In this document: piece after piece, positions 38,377-47,230 of the stretch | How the letters are laid out: each line of letters opens with the position of its first letter | Position numbering within the stretch: position 1 is the first letter of the stretch | Assembly (NCBI GenBank): GCA_963707025.1 | Contig: CAVPOM010000018.1 | Span: forward strand, 320,001 to 384,000 | Direction: 5' to 3' | From: an uncultured Verrucomicrobiae bacterium | GTDB taxonomy: Bacteria > Verrucomicrobiota > Verrucomicrobiia > Limisphaerales > Palsa-1400 | DNA: 64,000 nt | Translations under genes and position numbers: made by a program | Notes under the pieces: model-generated | The model's database searches: none | Told to the model about the DNA's origin: nothing | Seen by the model: only the letters and a program-made list of their open reading frames with translations

Positions 38377-39826
38377 CACACCCGTCTCATAAGGGGAAAA
38401 GTCTGGTGCTGACCTGTTCATTTGCAAGGGTTTAATTGGTCTTCGGGGTAAAATGAGATTTTGATTTTTCCGAGTTTGGCTTTTGGGTTTGGTATGCGCC
38501 TGTTTGGGCGCGTGTGCTGTCCCATAGCTTTATTGGAAGCCGGGGAAATACGCCTCCTCGGGCCGCGCCAAGTGGCGAAAGCTGCCGCCTGCTGTCCCAT
38601 AGCACGCCAGCAAATTGAGCAGATCATATTTCTCCCAGAGCGCCGCCCGCAAAATCGTGAACAGCCGGGTGAAGCTGTGCGCCCAGTTGGAGAGGTGACT
38701 GAGGTAGCGCAACAGCACGTAGGTCAACAGCGCCGTCCACACCTGCCAGCGCACGGCGTTGGCGTTGTGGCCCAGAAAATCCGCCAACTGCAAGGTCTGC
38801 TTGATTTGTTTGAAGAAGACTTCGATCTGCCAGCGGCAGCGGTAAAGGTCGGCCACGCTGCGCGGACTCCACTCCAGGTTGTTGGTCAGGAAGGTCATTT
38901 CCCGTTCCTCTCCATCAATCTCGACCAGCGCCACCACCCGGCGCATCAACTCCGGCGCGGGTTTGTTCTCGTTGCTCAGGACGATCACTTCGTCGCGCAA
39001 AATCTTCGGGTCTCTGGAGGCGGGCATTTTCCGCACCACCTCATAGCCCATGTTCTCCTTGGCCCGCGTCACCCAAAAGACCCCGCGCCCGTCCAAATCC
39101 CGCAAGTGGCCGAAGTCCACATAACCCTTGTCGAACAAGGCGATTTCGCCGCTCTTCAAGTCGGCGCACAGTTCCCGCGCCCGTCGGTTGTCGTGCTCGG
39201 CGGCAGTGTCCACAATGACAAAACCGGGCAAAAGATTCTGCAGATTCAACCGCATATGGGTTTTGGCGGCGGCCTTGCGCCGGCGGTGCTTGGCCCAGTC
39301 CAGGCAGTTGGCCACCAGTTCCATGGTCGTGCTATCAATCACATGGATGGGCATCTTGAAACGGAAGGCGGGGCCACGGCGCTGGCCCGCGGCAAAGCCG
39401 GGCGTCTGTGCTTTCAAATGCTCCAGGACCCGCCAGAAGAGTTGTTCGGCCATCTGGGCCGGACGCTCCCGGTTGGCGTGGGAGAGGCCGTTGCGGCTGG
39501 GGGCGCTGGCGCCGCGCAAAGTGGACAGCGGCCCGGAATGCAATTGCAGCGAGTCGCACAGATCGTTGAGTCCGATGCAATGGGTGAGTTGCGCGTCCAG
39601 CAAACTGACCGTGTGACTCCACGGACTGAAGGTGCGCGACTTATCCAGAGCCCGGTCTCCCGCGCTATTTTGGAGACTTCATGCGCAGGAATGAGATTGC
39701 AAATCTGGCGCAAAACGTTAAACCGGGACCGTGTCGGTTTGATTTTTTTGTTTTTCATGCCTGCCTTGTGGCAGGTTCAAATGGTCAAGCCAACACTTTT
39801 TTCCAATTTCCTGTGGGATGGCTGTG
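38377..39826 (-). mobile_element. IS4-family insertion sequence (1450 bp) with 9-bp target-site duplication
   Basis: Terminal inverted repeats CACACCCGTCTCATA / CACAGCCATCCCACA; TAAAAACTT duplicated at 38368-38376 and 39827-39835. Confidence 0.9.
38530..39758 (-). pseudogene. IS4-family DDE transposase (frameshift near 39650)
   Basis: IDSTT, FDKGYVDF, YRCRWQIEVFFKQIKQ (YREK). The N-terminus MKNKKIKPTRSRF...ARETG is in another frame; may be an assembly indel. Confidence 0.85.
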
Positions 39827-40090
39827 TAAAAACTTTAAGGCTTGATGGTGTTCATCTGCCCGGCCTTGGCCGGAATCTACGCACGCTGTGCGTTAGTCAA
39901 GTCAGCATCGGATCGGGCACACATTTTCCTTTCTGCTCTGACCGGACCAAATTATCAAGCGGAAAAGGGACGGTCGGTGGGACGGTCGAATCGGGGCGAA
40001 CAATCCAAAAGTTGAAAGTGGCGAATGCACACAGCAAACGGCCGCTTTACCCAGCCGCCGCCTGCTCTTGACTTATTAACGAGGACACCT

Positions 40091-40686
40091 GTGGAGGAGG
40101 AAGGCCCGGCCAAGGAGCAAGGCCCGGCCAAGGAGAATGCCAAAAAAATATTGCATTTGCCGTTGACAATATCTATGTAACCGTTATTGTTGCATAGTGG
40201 AGATGGGCCAGGACAGAAAAGTAAGACGGCGGCGGGACCAGGACGGGTTTCCCGGCGCTGCTTTCGACATCCTCCAGCGTCCATCCCCTTCGTTCCCTTC
40301 TTTTGCCCCACAGCCGGTCAAACTCGGTCAAACCATTTCTTGGACCTTGACCTATGCCATAACTTCATCACTCCACCACTCCATCGCTCCAATTCCGTCA
40401 CACCGATACCTTGCCAAATCACCAAACTTTACCATTCATGTACGGCAACAGCATCTTACACTGCGCGTTTTTAGCCATTTGGTGGAAAACAAACGGAAGT
40501 GCCTTTCCTTAAACAATTTACATCTCAAATCGAGCGTCATCCAGGCAGGAGCAATTAAGCCCAATCAAGCCAAATCAAGGTGTTTTTTTCCGGGAACGAT
40601 GGCCAAATGGCAGAACTTTCACCCCACCCGGTCATACCCGGTCATACCCGGTCAAACCGGTCAAACCGGTCAAACCAGTCAAACCA
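40091..40686 (+). repeat. Promoter-hairpin-tandem-repeat element copy B (long form), candidate ncRNA
   Basis: TTGACA(40163)-N16-TATTGT; GGCGGCG...CGCTGCT stem; CCGGTCAAAC units; conserved 38-nt block 40484-40521; AATCAAG units and T-run near 40583. Confidence 0.7.
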
Positions 40687-40762
40687 TAAAAGGGGTGACC
40701 CTATCAACCCCATGAACAGGCGCCTGGCAACCAACGATTTGAAGCTTTTCCCGGAATTCGCG

Positions 40763-42001
40763 TCACTTCGCCACAATTGGCGGATCACCCCCGCCGGATT
40801 TGGGCAGGGACAAATATCGGGTGGTGATGCAGGCCGTCGCGAAACAGAGCGCGGCGCAACAGAGATAAGGAATGGGGAGATGATCCTTGCCGAAGATGCC
40901 AATGGTAAAAAAAGGCCCGGCGATCCGGGCCAGACTGCCGATGCCTTGCGCCACCCCGATCGTGCTGCCTTGTTCATGGGCGGGCGTGAGCATCGAAATC
41001 ATCCCGAAGACCGGCGGGCGGGTCAGGCTGGAGCCGGTGGAAAAGACGGCCAGGGCCACAAGGAGCGCGGCCCACGTCGTCAGATATGGCAAAACCGCGA
41101 TGCCAACCGCGGCCAGAAACAAACTGACGGCAATGACTTTGGGTTCGCCCATTTTTTCAACCATCCGCCGCAGCACCCCGCGCTGGGTTATCGCCCCGAT
41201 CAGCCCGCAATAGGCGATCAGCCAGGCAACCTTGCCCAGCACCGAATCCAGCCCCTTTTCCTCCGCCAGGTGGAAATTCTTCTCCACCAGCAACCCGATG
41301 CTCGTTTCAAAACTGCTGAAACAAAAGGTCGCCAGGAAAAAGATGCCGACCAGCAGGTTCAGGCGCGGCATCCGCAAAACGTGCTGCCATTGCTCCAGGT
41401 GCGGCCGCTGGGTTTGGGAGTGCGCGGCCGGCTGCCAGCTTTCCGCCAGCATGAGCGAGGCCCAGATAAAATTAATCGCGCACAGCGCGCCGGCCGTCCA
41501 GCCCGGACCGGTCAGACCGAAACTTATTGTGCTCAAAGCGCCCAGCACCGGCCCAAAAATGAAGCCCAGGCCGAAAGCCATTCCCACCAGTCCCATTTTG
41601 GCCGAACGTTCCTCCGGCGGGGTGATGTCGGCGATGTAGGCCTGGGCCACCGTGATGTTGGCGCCGCAGATTCCGGCGAAGATGCGCGAGCCCAGCATGA
41701 ACCAGAGGGCCAGCCCCCGGCTTTCCATGCCGGAGCCAAGGGCAAAAATCACGTAGGACACGCAGGCGCACCCCGTGCTGGCCAACAAAACCGGCCGCCG
41801 CCCGATGCGGTCGGACAGCCGCCCCCAGAGCGGGGCAAAGAGGAATTGCATCAGCGAATACGATGTAAAGATGGCGGCGATGAAAAAACCGCCGGCCTTG
41901 AAGTGGTCGGCATAAATGGGGATGAGCGGCAGGATCAACCCGAATCCAACCAGGTCAATCAGCACCGTGAAAAATACGATTCCAAGCGATTTCTTTTTCA
42001 T
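40763..42001 (-). CDS. MFS transporter (TetA/DHA1-like)
   Basis: LIDLVGFGLILP, GRLSDRIGRRPV (motif A), AYIADIT, GLGFIFGPVLG. Confidence 0.92.
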   Translation of the reverse strand: MKKKSLGIVFFTVLIDLVGFGLILPLIPIYADHFKAGGFFIAAIFTSYSLMQFLFAPLWGRLSDRIGRRPVLLASTGCACVSYVIFALGSGMESRGLALWFMLGSRIFAGICGANITVAQAYIADITPPEERSAKMGLVGMAFGLGFIFGPVLGALSTISFGLTGPGWTAGALCAINFIWASLMLAESWQPAAHSQTQRPHLEQWQHVLRMPRLNLLVGIFFLATFCFSSFETSIGLLVEKNFHLAEEKGLDSVLGKVAWLIAYCGLIGAITQRGVLRRMVEKMGEPKVIAVSLFLAAVGIAVLPYLTTWAALLVALAVFSTGSSLTRPPVFGMISMLTPAHEQGSTIGVAQGIGSLARIAGPFFTIGIFGKDHLPIPYLCCAALCFATACITTRYLSLPKSGGGDPPIVAK

Positions 42002-42100
42002 GCACAGGCGCCGCGTGCAAACGGCCGCCGCCGCATCCTGCCAAAGTTTTTTAAACATGAAACATCAAACATCAGGGCCGGCGCACTTATTATGTCTCAG

Positions 42101-42150
42101 GGGGAGCGCACGCGCCCCGCGTGCGGCGGGCCGCGCCCTCGCGACCCGCA
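42101..42150. repeat. REP-like GC-rich double hairpin
   Basis: ggggagcgcacgcgccccgcgtgc-ggcgggccgcgccctcgcgacccgc. Confidence 0.5.
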
Positions 42151-42232
42151 TCAGAGCACCGTCAATTTGGAGGCGCCCTCCAACATCAACCACCCAACCT
42201 TTGCCCTGGCCCCATCCGCGTCGGTACCGTCC

Positions 42233-42940
42233 TCAGGGATTCACCCGCGGCGCCGGCGCTTTTTTGAAGGCGGTCTCGCGCAGGTAAATCGGCTCCAGGG
42301 TTTCGCCCGGCGCAAAATCGCCCCGCCCGCAGGCCAGCCGGCCCAGCATGGCGGCCTCGGGATACAGATCCTTCCCGCCGCCAAACCAGCGGCTGATCTC
42401 CGGCCCGAGCAAAGCCTGGCCCGACCCGGCCAGCGCCTGGATCTCCGCCATCGCCGCCAGGCGCAGCGCTTCCGCTTCGCGCCACCCGCCTTCCTCGATT
42501 TGATAACGCGCCAGGTAAAACTCATTCCGCTGTGCGTCAACAATAATATTCACCCGGCCGCGCCGGCCCTCCGCCCGGGCCTGGCCCGCCAGGCATTCCA
42601 CGCTGCTCACCCCCAGCAGCTTGATGCCCCGGCCCAACTGCCAGCCTTGGGCCAGCGCGATGGCCCCGCGGATTCCCGTGTAGGAACCCGGCCCCAGCCC
42701 CACCGCCAGCGCGCCGATCTCCTCCCGCCCGCACTGCGCCTCCGCCAGCGCCTGCTCCACCAGTCCAAGGCTGCGGCGGGATGGAATTGGAGAAGGTTGA
42801 CCGGGGCCTGGCGCCTGATCCGCCCGGGGCTGCGGCGGCTCCAGCGCGCTGCCCAGCAAGGCGGGGGCGGTGTCGCCGCCGCCTTCCCACACCGCCACGC
42901 TGCGTTGCGCCGAGGAAAACTCAACCGCCAAAATCTTCAT
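42233..42940 (-). CDS. tsaB: t6A biosynthesis protein TsaB
   Basis: MKILAVEFS, GPGSYTGIR, DAQRNEFY, LEPIYLR. Confidence 0.92.
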   Translation of the reverse strand: MKILAVEFSSAQRSVAVWEGGGDTAPALLGSALEPPQPRADQAPGPGQPSPIPSRRSLGLVEQALAEAQCGREEIGALAVGLGPGSYTGIRGAIALAQGWQLGRGIKLLGVSSVECLAGQARAEGRRGRVNIIVDAQRNEFYLARYQIEEGGWREAEALRLAAMAEIQALAGSGQALLGPEISRWFGGGKDLYPEAAMLGRLACGRGDFAPGETLEPIYLRETAFKKAPAPRVNP

Positions 42941-43367
42941 AGCAAATCTCGCGGTCCGTTTCGCCCAGGATGTTGAGTTGCGCGCGGCGAAACCGGCCCG
43001 GCCCAAGCCAGGGCGCGCCGGCGCCGTCGTGCCATCGTTCCACCCATTCCACCACCGTGACACCGTGGGGCCGGACCAGATACGGCTCCAGGCCGGCGGC
43101 GATGATTTGTTCGCGCGTGTCCAGGCGGAAGAGGTCCACATGGAACAGCGGCAGGCGGCCGCCGGGATATTCATGCACCAGCGCATAAGTGGGCGAGATG
43201 ACGCGCGCGCCCGCCTGCAAGCCGCGGGCCAGCCCCTTGACCAACTGCGTTTTGCCCGCGCCCAAGCCGCCGCTCAGGCCGATCATCCAGCCGCGGCCGC
43301 ACTCGCGGCCCCAGCCTTCGCCCAGCGCTTCGGTCTGGGACGGGCTATGTGAAATGAACGTAACCAT
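42921..43367 (-). CDS. tsaE: t6A biosynthesis ATPase TsaE
   Basis: GLGAGKT, SPTYALVHEY, HVDLFRL, VEW. Confidence 0.93.
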   Translation of the reverse strand: MVTFISHSPSQTEALGEGWGRECGRGWMIGLSGGLGAGKTQLVKGLARGLQAGARVISPTYALVHEYPGGRLPLFHVDLFRLDTREQIIAAGLEPYLVRPHGVTVVEWVERWHDGAGAPWLGPGRFRRAQLNILGETDREICYEDFGG

Positions 43368-44277
43368 GAGCTTCGAGGGCGCGAAGGCCATTTTCGTCGC
43401 GCAATTTCACGCCGGGCGCGGCCGTCATTTTGCCGATGCAACTGAGGCGGACTTTGGGAAACTGTTGGCGCCAGGCGTCCGCCAGCGGCACGGCGTCGCG
43501 GCCGGCCACGGTGAAGAGCAGTTCATAATCTTCTCCGTCGGTCAGGGCGGCGGCCAGGGGCGGCTTGGCCGGCGCGCCCGTTCTGGCCCGCTGGCGCGCG
43601 GCGCGGCTGATGGGGATGCTGCGCGCGAGCAGCTCCGCTCCCACCTGGCTGCGCTCCATCAGATGGCGCAAGTCCCCCGCCAGGCCGTCGCTCAGATCAA
43701 TCATGGCATGAATGGAAAAATGCTCCGCCAGCCAGCGCCCTTCCGCCAGGCGCGGCTCGAATTCCAAATGCTTTCCCCCCAGTGCGCCGCCCAGTTCCCC
43801 GGTGACAAAGAGCGCGTCCCCGTCCTTGGCCCCGGAACGCAGCACGCATTTGTCGCGCGCCACCTCGCCCAGCAGCGCGACGGAGATGAGCAGCCGCTCC
43901 GGATTGGAGGTGGTTTCCCCGCCGACGATGGCCACGCCGTGGCGGCGGGCCAGCGCGTTCATGCCGGCGTAAATTCTTTGGATGAATCCCGGATCAAAGC
44001 CCTTGGGCAGGGCCAGCGTCACCAGCGCCGCCAGGGGTCGGCCCGCCATCGCCGCAATATCGCTCAGGGGCCGTCCCAGCGCCTTGTGGCCGATGCTCTC
44101 CGGTTCCGCCGCGGGCAAAAAATGGATCCCTTCGACCACGGCGTCCGTCTTGAACAGCAGGGCGTGTCCCGCCCGGCCGCCATCCAGCACGGCGCAATCG
44201 TCCCCCGGTCCCGCGATCACCCCGGCATGGGAGGGCAGCGAGGCGCTCAGGCTGGCGATGAGTTCAAATTCATTCAT
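43345..44277 (-). CDS. thiL: Thiamine-monophosphate kinase
   Basis: MNEFELI, GDDCAV, SDIAAMAG, VGGET, DLSDGL, GEDYELLFT. Confidence 0.94.
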   Translation of the reverse strand: MNEFELIASLSASLPSHAGVIAGPGDDCAVLDGGRAGHALLFKTDAVVEGIHFLPAAEPESIGHKALGRPLSDIAAMAGRPLAALVTLALPKGFDPGFIQRIYAGMNALARRHGVAIVGGETTSNPERLLISVALLGEVARDKCVLRSGAKDGDALFVTGELGGALGGKHLEFEPRLAEGRWLAEHFSIHAMIDLSDGLAGDLRHLMERSQVGAELLARSIPISRAARQRARTGAPAKPPLAAALTDGEDYELLFTVAGRDAVPLADAWRQQFPKVRLSCIGKMTAAPGVKLRDENGLRALEAHGYVHFT

Positions 44278-45005
44278 TTGACAAGATTTGCGCCGGGCAG
44301 GATCGGCGTCATCATGAGCATGGTAAAACTGGTCAAGTTGAAGAAGCTGTGGGCGGTAATGGACGCCCATAAACTGCCGGTCTTTTCATAGACATAAATC
44401 AGGAGAAGCGACAAAACGGTCAGAGGCACGAAGGCGATCAGGTTGAAGTGGACTGCGCCAAAGAACAACGACGTGGCCCACCAGGCGGTCCGCGGCCAGC
44501 CCGCCTGTTTGATGGTTGGATAAAGTATCCCGCGGAAGATCATTTCCTCCGCCAAGGGCGCGATGAACACAGCCAGCACCCCTGCAACCGCCTTTTCCAC
44601 CAGAGGCATATCAGTCTTCTGCAACTCCTCCACCAGCGGCTGGGCTTGGGGATTTTCCAGCAGGAGTTGCGACAATTCCATCCACACGACCTCCCACGGG
44701 ATGAACATCAACCCCGCCAGCATTCCCAACACAACCGCCCCGGGTTGCCGCGCCTTCGCCAGGCCGAACGCGTCGCTCCAAGACAGGCGGCTCGCGCGCA
44801 GAAAAAATCCGACAAAGACGAGGATTGCGCCATCGAGAAAAACCGAACCCAGCGCCATCTTGGCGAATTGCCGATGTTCGGCAGACAGCTTGATCTTTTC
44901 ACTGTCCAGCACGATGCCCAAAAATTGCGCGAAACAGATGGCCGCCAGGATGCCCAGGCCCAGGCAGGCGACCATTTCAATTCTCCACGGCTTCTCAGAA
45001 ATCAC
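44274..45005 (-). CDS. CPBP (CAAX/Abi) intramembrane protease
   Basis: APLAEEMIFRG, FFGAVH, AHSFFN. Confidence 0.9.
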   Translation of the reverse strand: MISEKPWRIEMVACLGLGILAAICFAQFLGIVLDSEKIKLSAEHRQFAKMALGSVFLDGAILVFVGFFLRASRLSWSDAFGLAKARQPGAVVLGMLAGLMFIPWEVVWMELSQLLLENPQAQPLVEELQKTDMPLVEKAVAGVLAVFIAPLAEEMIFRGILYPTIKQAGWPRTAWWATSLFFGAVHFNLIAFVPLTVLSLLLIYVYEKTGSLWASITAHSFFNLTSFTMLMMTPILPGANLVK

Positions 45006-45359
45006 CGGCCAAGGCTAAAGTTCCGGCGGCAAAGTTCAAGGTTCAAAGTGGGCGCCCATGGCAGCGGGCGCGTTGCACTTGTTTTGGCGCTTCTCTGACT
45101 CGGTCAGGGTTGAAGCGATTCAAACGATTGAAAACTGGTCATTGGGAATTGCCCACTCATTGAGAATGAGCCGTTTGCCGGGGGCAGGAGAGCGCCGGGC
45201 GATGGCGGGCCAATCTCGGCGACGCCAAAGGATGGGGACAAAATTATTGTGAAATGATTCTCTGCGGCCCGCCTTTGCGCCGCAACCGCCGCCGCATCCA
45301 GAGGAAAACCCGCCTTCGCGGGGAACGGTCCCGACTCCATGCTGGCGGCTGCGGGCGGG

Positions 45360-45524
45360 TTAAAATTCCGGTTCCGTGGTCCAGTCGTTCAGCCGGATGA
45401 TTTCCTTCACCTTGCGGCGTTCGTAGCGGTGTTTTTGGGCCTTGGCCGGCCGTTGCTCGGTCTGGCGGAAGGCGTGTTTCGTGTTGCGGATGGCTTCGTG
45501 AATCAAGTCCAGCGTTTTAGTCAT
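45360..45524 (-). CDS. Small basic hypothetical protein
   Basis: MTKTLDLIHEAIRNTKHAFRQTEQRPAKAQKHRYERRKVKEIIRLNDW; host-like codon usage. Confidence 0.6.
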   Translation of the reverse strand: MTKTLDLIHEAIRNTKHAFRQTEQRPAKAQKHRYERRKVKEIIRLNDWTTEPEF

Positions 45525-46518
45525 ACAGCGTTTTTTTTTTGACCACATCGCTATTGACAACAACAGGCGATGCTCTTCTCAATCTGGCCAAAATAAAACA
45601 GCACTCTGCCCTTTCCCCGCGCCGCTTCACTGCGTATCTGCTCAAACAAACAGGACATTCAAATCGTCCTGAATGCCACTCTTCTTTTACTTCATTTCCA
45701 GCCAATGTCAACCCGAAATTTACAAATTTGTTTTGAATTTGGCAAAATTCGGTTCGGAGAATGCCCGCCACGATGAGTTGCCCGCCCGGTTTGAGGCGGG
45801 CGCAGATCTTCTCCGCCTGGCTGGCCAGCACATCGGCCGTCAGATTGGCGCAAATCACATCCCAGCGCCGCCGGCTGCGCGCGGGCAGCCGGGTCAGATC
45901 CTGCCGGCGGGGCCGGACGCGGTCTTGCACGCGGTTGCGGCGGGCATTGGCGCGGCTGACCCGGATGGCTTCGGGATCGAAATCAAAGGCCCGGATGGGC
46001 GCGTAGCCCAGTTTGGCGGCGGCGATGGCGAGGATGCCGCTTCCGGCGCCGATGTCCAAAAAGGACTGGCCGAGGCCGTGGCGGCGGCAGGCGGCCAATT
46101 GTTCGAGGCAAAAGGCAGTGGTGGCGTGATGGCCGGTGCCAAAACTCAGCCCGGGGTCCAGCCGCACCACCCGCTGGCCCGGACGCGGACGGCGCCGGCT
46201 CCAGCCCGGTTTGATGAGCAAGGCATGGCCAATTTCCATCGGCTTGAAATGGCGCTTCCAGGACTCCGCCCAATTCTGGCGCGGCAATTTCCGGATGAGG
46301 AGACCGGCCCGGCCCGGCCACAGCCGGCGCAACGCGCGCCTCAGCCCGGCCCGCGCCTGGGGGGGCGTCGGCCGCAAGGAGGATGGGTAGATGGTGACGG
46401 TCTGCCTGCCGGTGCGGGCGTCGTGATAAACCGCGGCGGAGACGTGAAAGGTTTCCTCCAACCAGCCGACGACCGCCTCTTCCCGTGCGGCGGAGGTGGT
46501 GATGGAGACTTGCCACAT
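45517..46518 (-). CDS. prmA: Ribosomal protein L11 methyltransferase
   Basis: NWAESWKRHF, DPGLSFGTGHHATT, LDIGAGSGILA, ANL, AGIL. Confidence 0.92.
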   Translation of the reverse strand: MWQVSITTSAAREEAVVGWLEETFHVSAAVYHDARTGRQTVTIYPSSLRPTPPQARAGLRRALRRLWPGRAGLLIRKLPRQNWAESWKRHFKPMEIGHALLIKPGWSRRRPRPGQRVVRLDPGLSFGTGHHATTAFCLEQLAACRRHGLGQSFLDIGAGSGILAIAAAKLGYAPIRAFDFDPEAIRVSRANARRNRVQDRVRPRRQDLTRLPARSRRRWDVICANLTADVLASQAEKICARLKPGGQLIVAGILRTEFCQIQNKFVNFGLTLAGNEVKEEWHSGRFECPVCLSRYAVKRRGERAECCFILARLRRASPVVVNSDVVKKKTLYD

Positions 46519-46560
46519 GGGTTCGCCCTCCGGCGGCGCGCCACGGCCCGGCCGCGCCGC

Positions 46561-47040
46561 CTAACCAAGCTTGGTCAGCGTTTGCCGGACCGCGTCAAAA
46601 TTCGGCAATTCCTTGGGCGAGGCCGTTTGCTCGGCGTATTGCACGACGCCATGCTTGTCAATTACAAAAGCGGCGCGGGCGGCGGTGTCCCCGATCCCGG
46701 CCAGGTTGGGGAAAACCACGTCGTAATCCTTGATCGTCTTCTTGTTCAAATCGCTGGCCAGCGGGATGCCGATTTTTTCCTGTTTGGCCCAGACTTCCTG
46801 GGCGAAGGGGGTGTCAATGCTGATGCCGATGACGGCGGCATTGAGCCGGGCATACTGGCCCAGACCGGCGCTGATCTCGCACATTTCCTGCGTGCAAACC
46901 CCGGTGAAGGCCGCCGGGAAAAAAAGCAGGACGGTGTTCTTCTTGCCGAAATTGTTGCTCAGTTTGACATCCACCAGTCCGGTGGCGGTTTTGGATTTAA
47001 GCGTGAAGTCCGGGGCTTTGGAACCGACTTTGATAGGCAT
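46561..47040 (-). CDS. Peroxiredoxin (AhpE/BCP-like)
   Basis: APDFTL, FFPAAFTGVCTQEMC, RAAFVID. Confidence 0.92.
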   Translation of the reverse strand: MPIKVGSKAPDFTLKSKTATGLVDVKLSNNFGKKNTVLLFFPAAFTGVCTQEMCEISAGLGQYARLNAAVIGISIDTPFAQEVWAKQEKIGIPLASDLNKKTIKDYDVVFPNLAGIGDTAARAAFVIDKHGVVQYAEQTASPKELPNFDAVRQTLTKLG

Positions 47041-47230
47041 ACAATTATTGTTTGAGTTTACTGGTTACCCTTTCAAAGGTCTTATACGTCGCGCCTCGGG
47101 ACGTGTCAAACAGGATTTTCCGCTCCATCCCGGGCCGCTTTTTTTTCTTGTTTCCCCAGGGTCGCCGCCTACGATGGCAGGGAAAGTTTGCGGAAAATGT
47201 TTTTCACAGCAGCCAGGTTGCAACAATTCT

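Noticed and set aside
38461..40071. 536-aa plus-strand ORF
   Set aside because: Antisense shadow of the IS4 transposase that crosses the IS boundary.
40628..40686. GGTCA(T/A)AC tandem units as CRISPR repeats or iterons
   Set aside because: Contiguous 9-10-mers with no spacers and no rep gene; treated as part of the repeated element.
40580..42976. 798-aa plus-strand ORF and similar long antisense ORFs (28249-30438, 56502-58373, 60032-61831)
   Set aside because: They lie opposite well-supported genes, are expected in high-GC DNA, and show no recognisable motifs.
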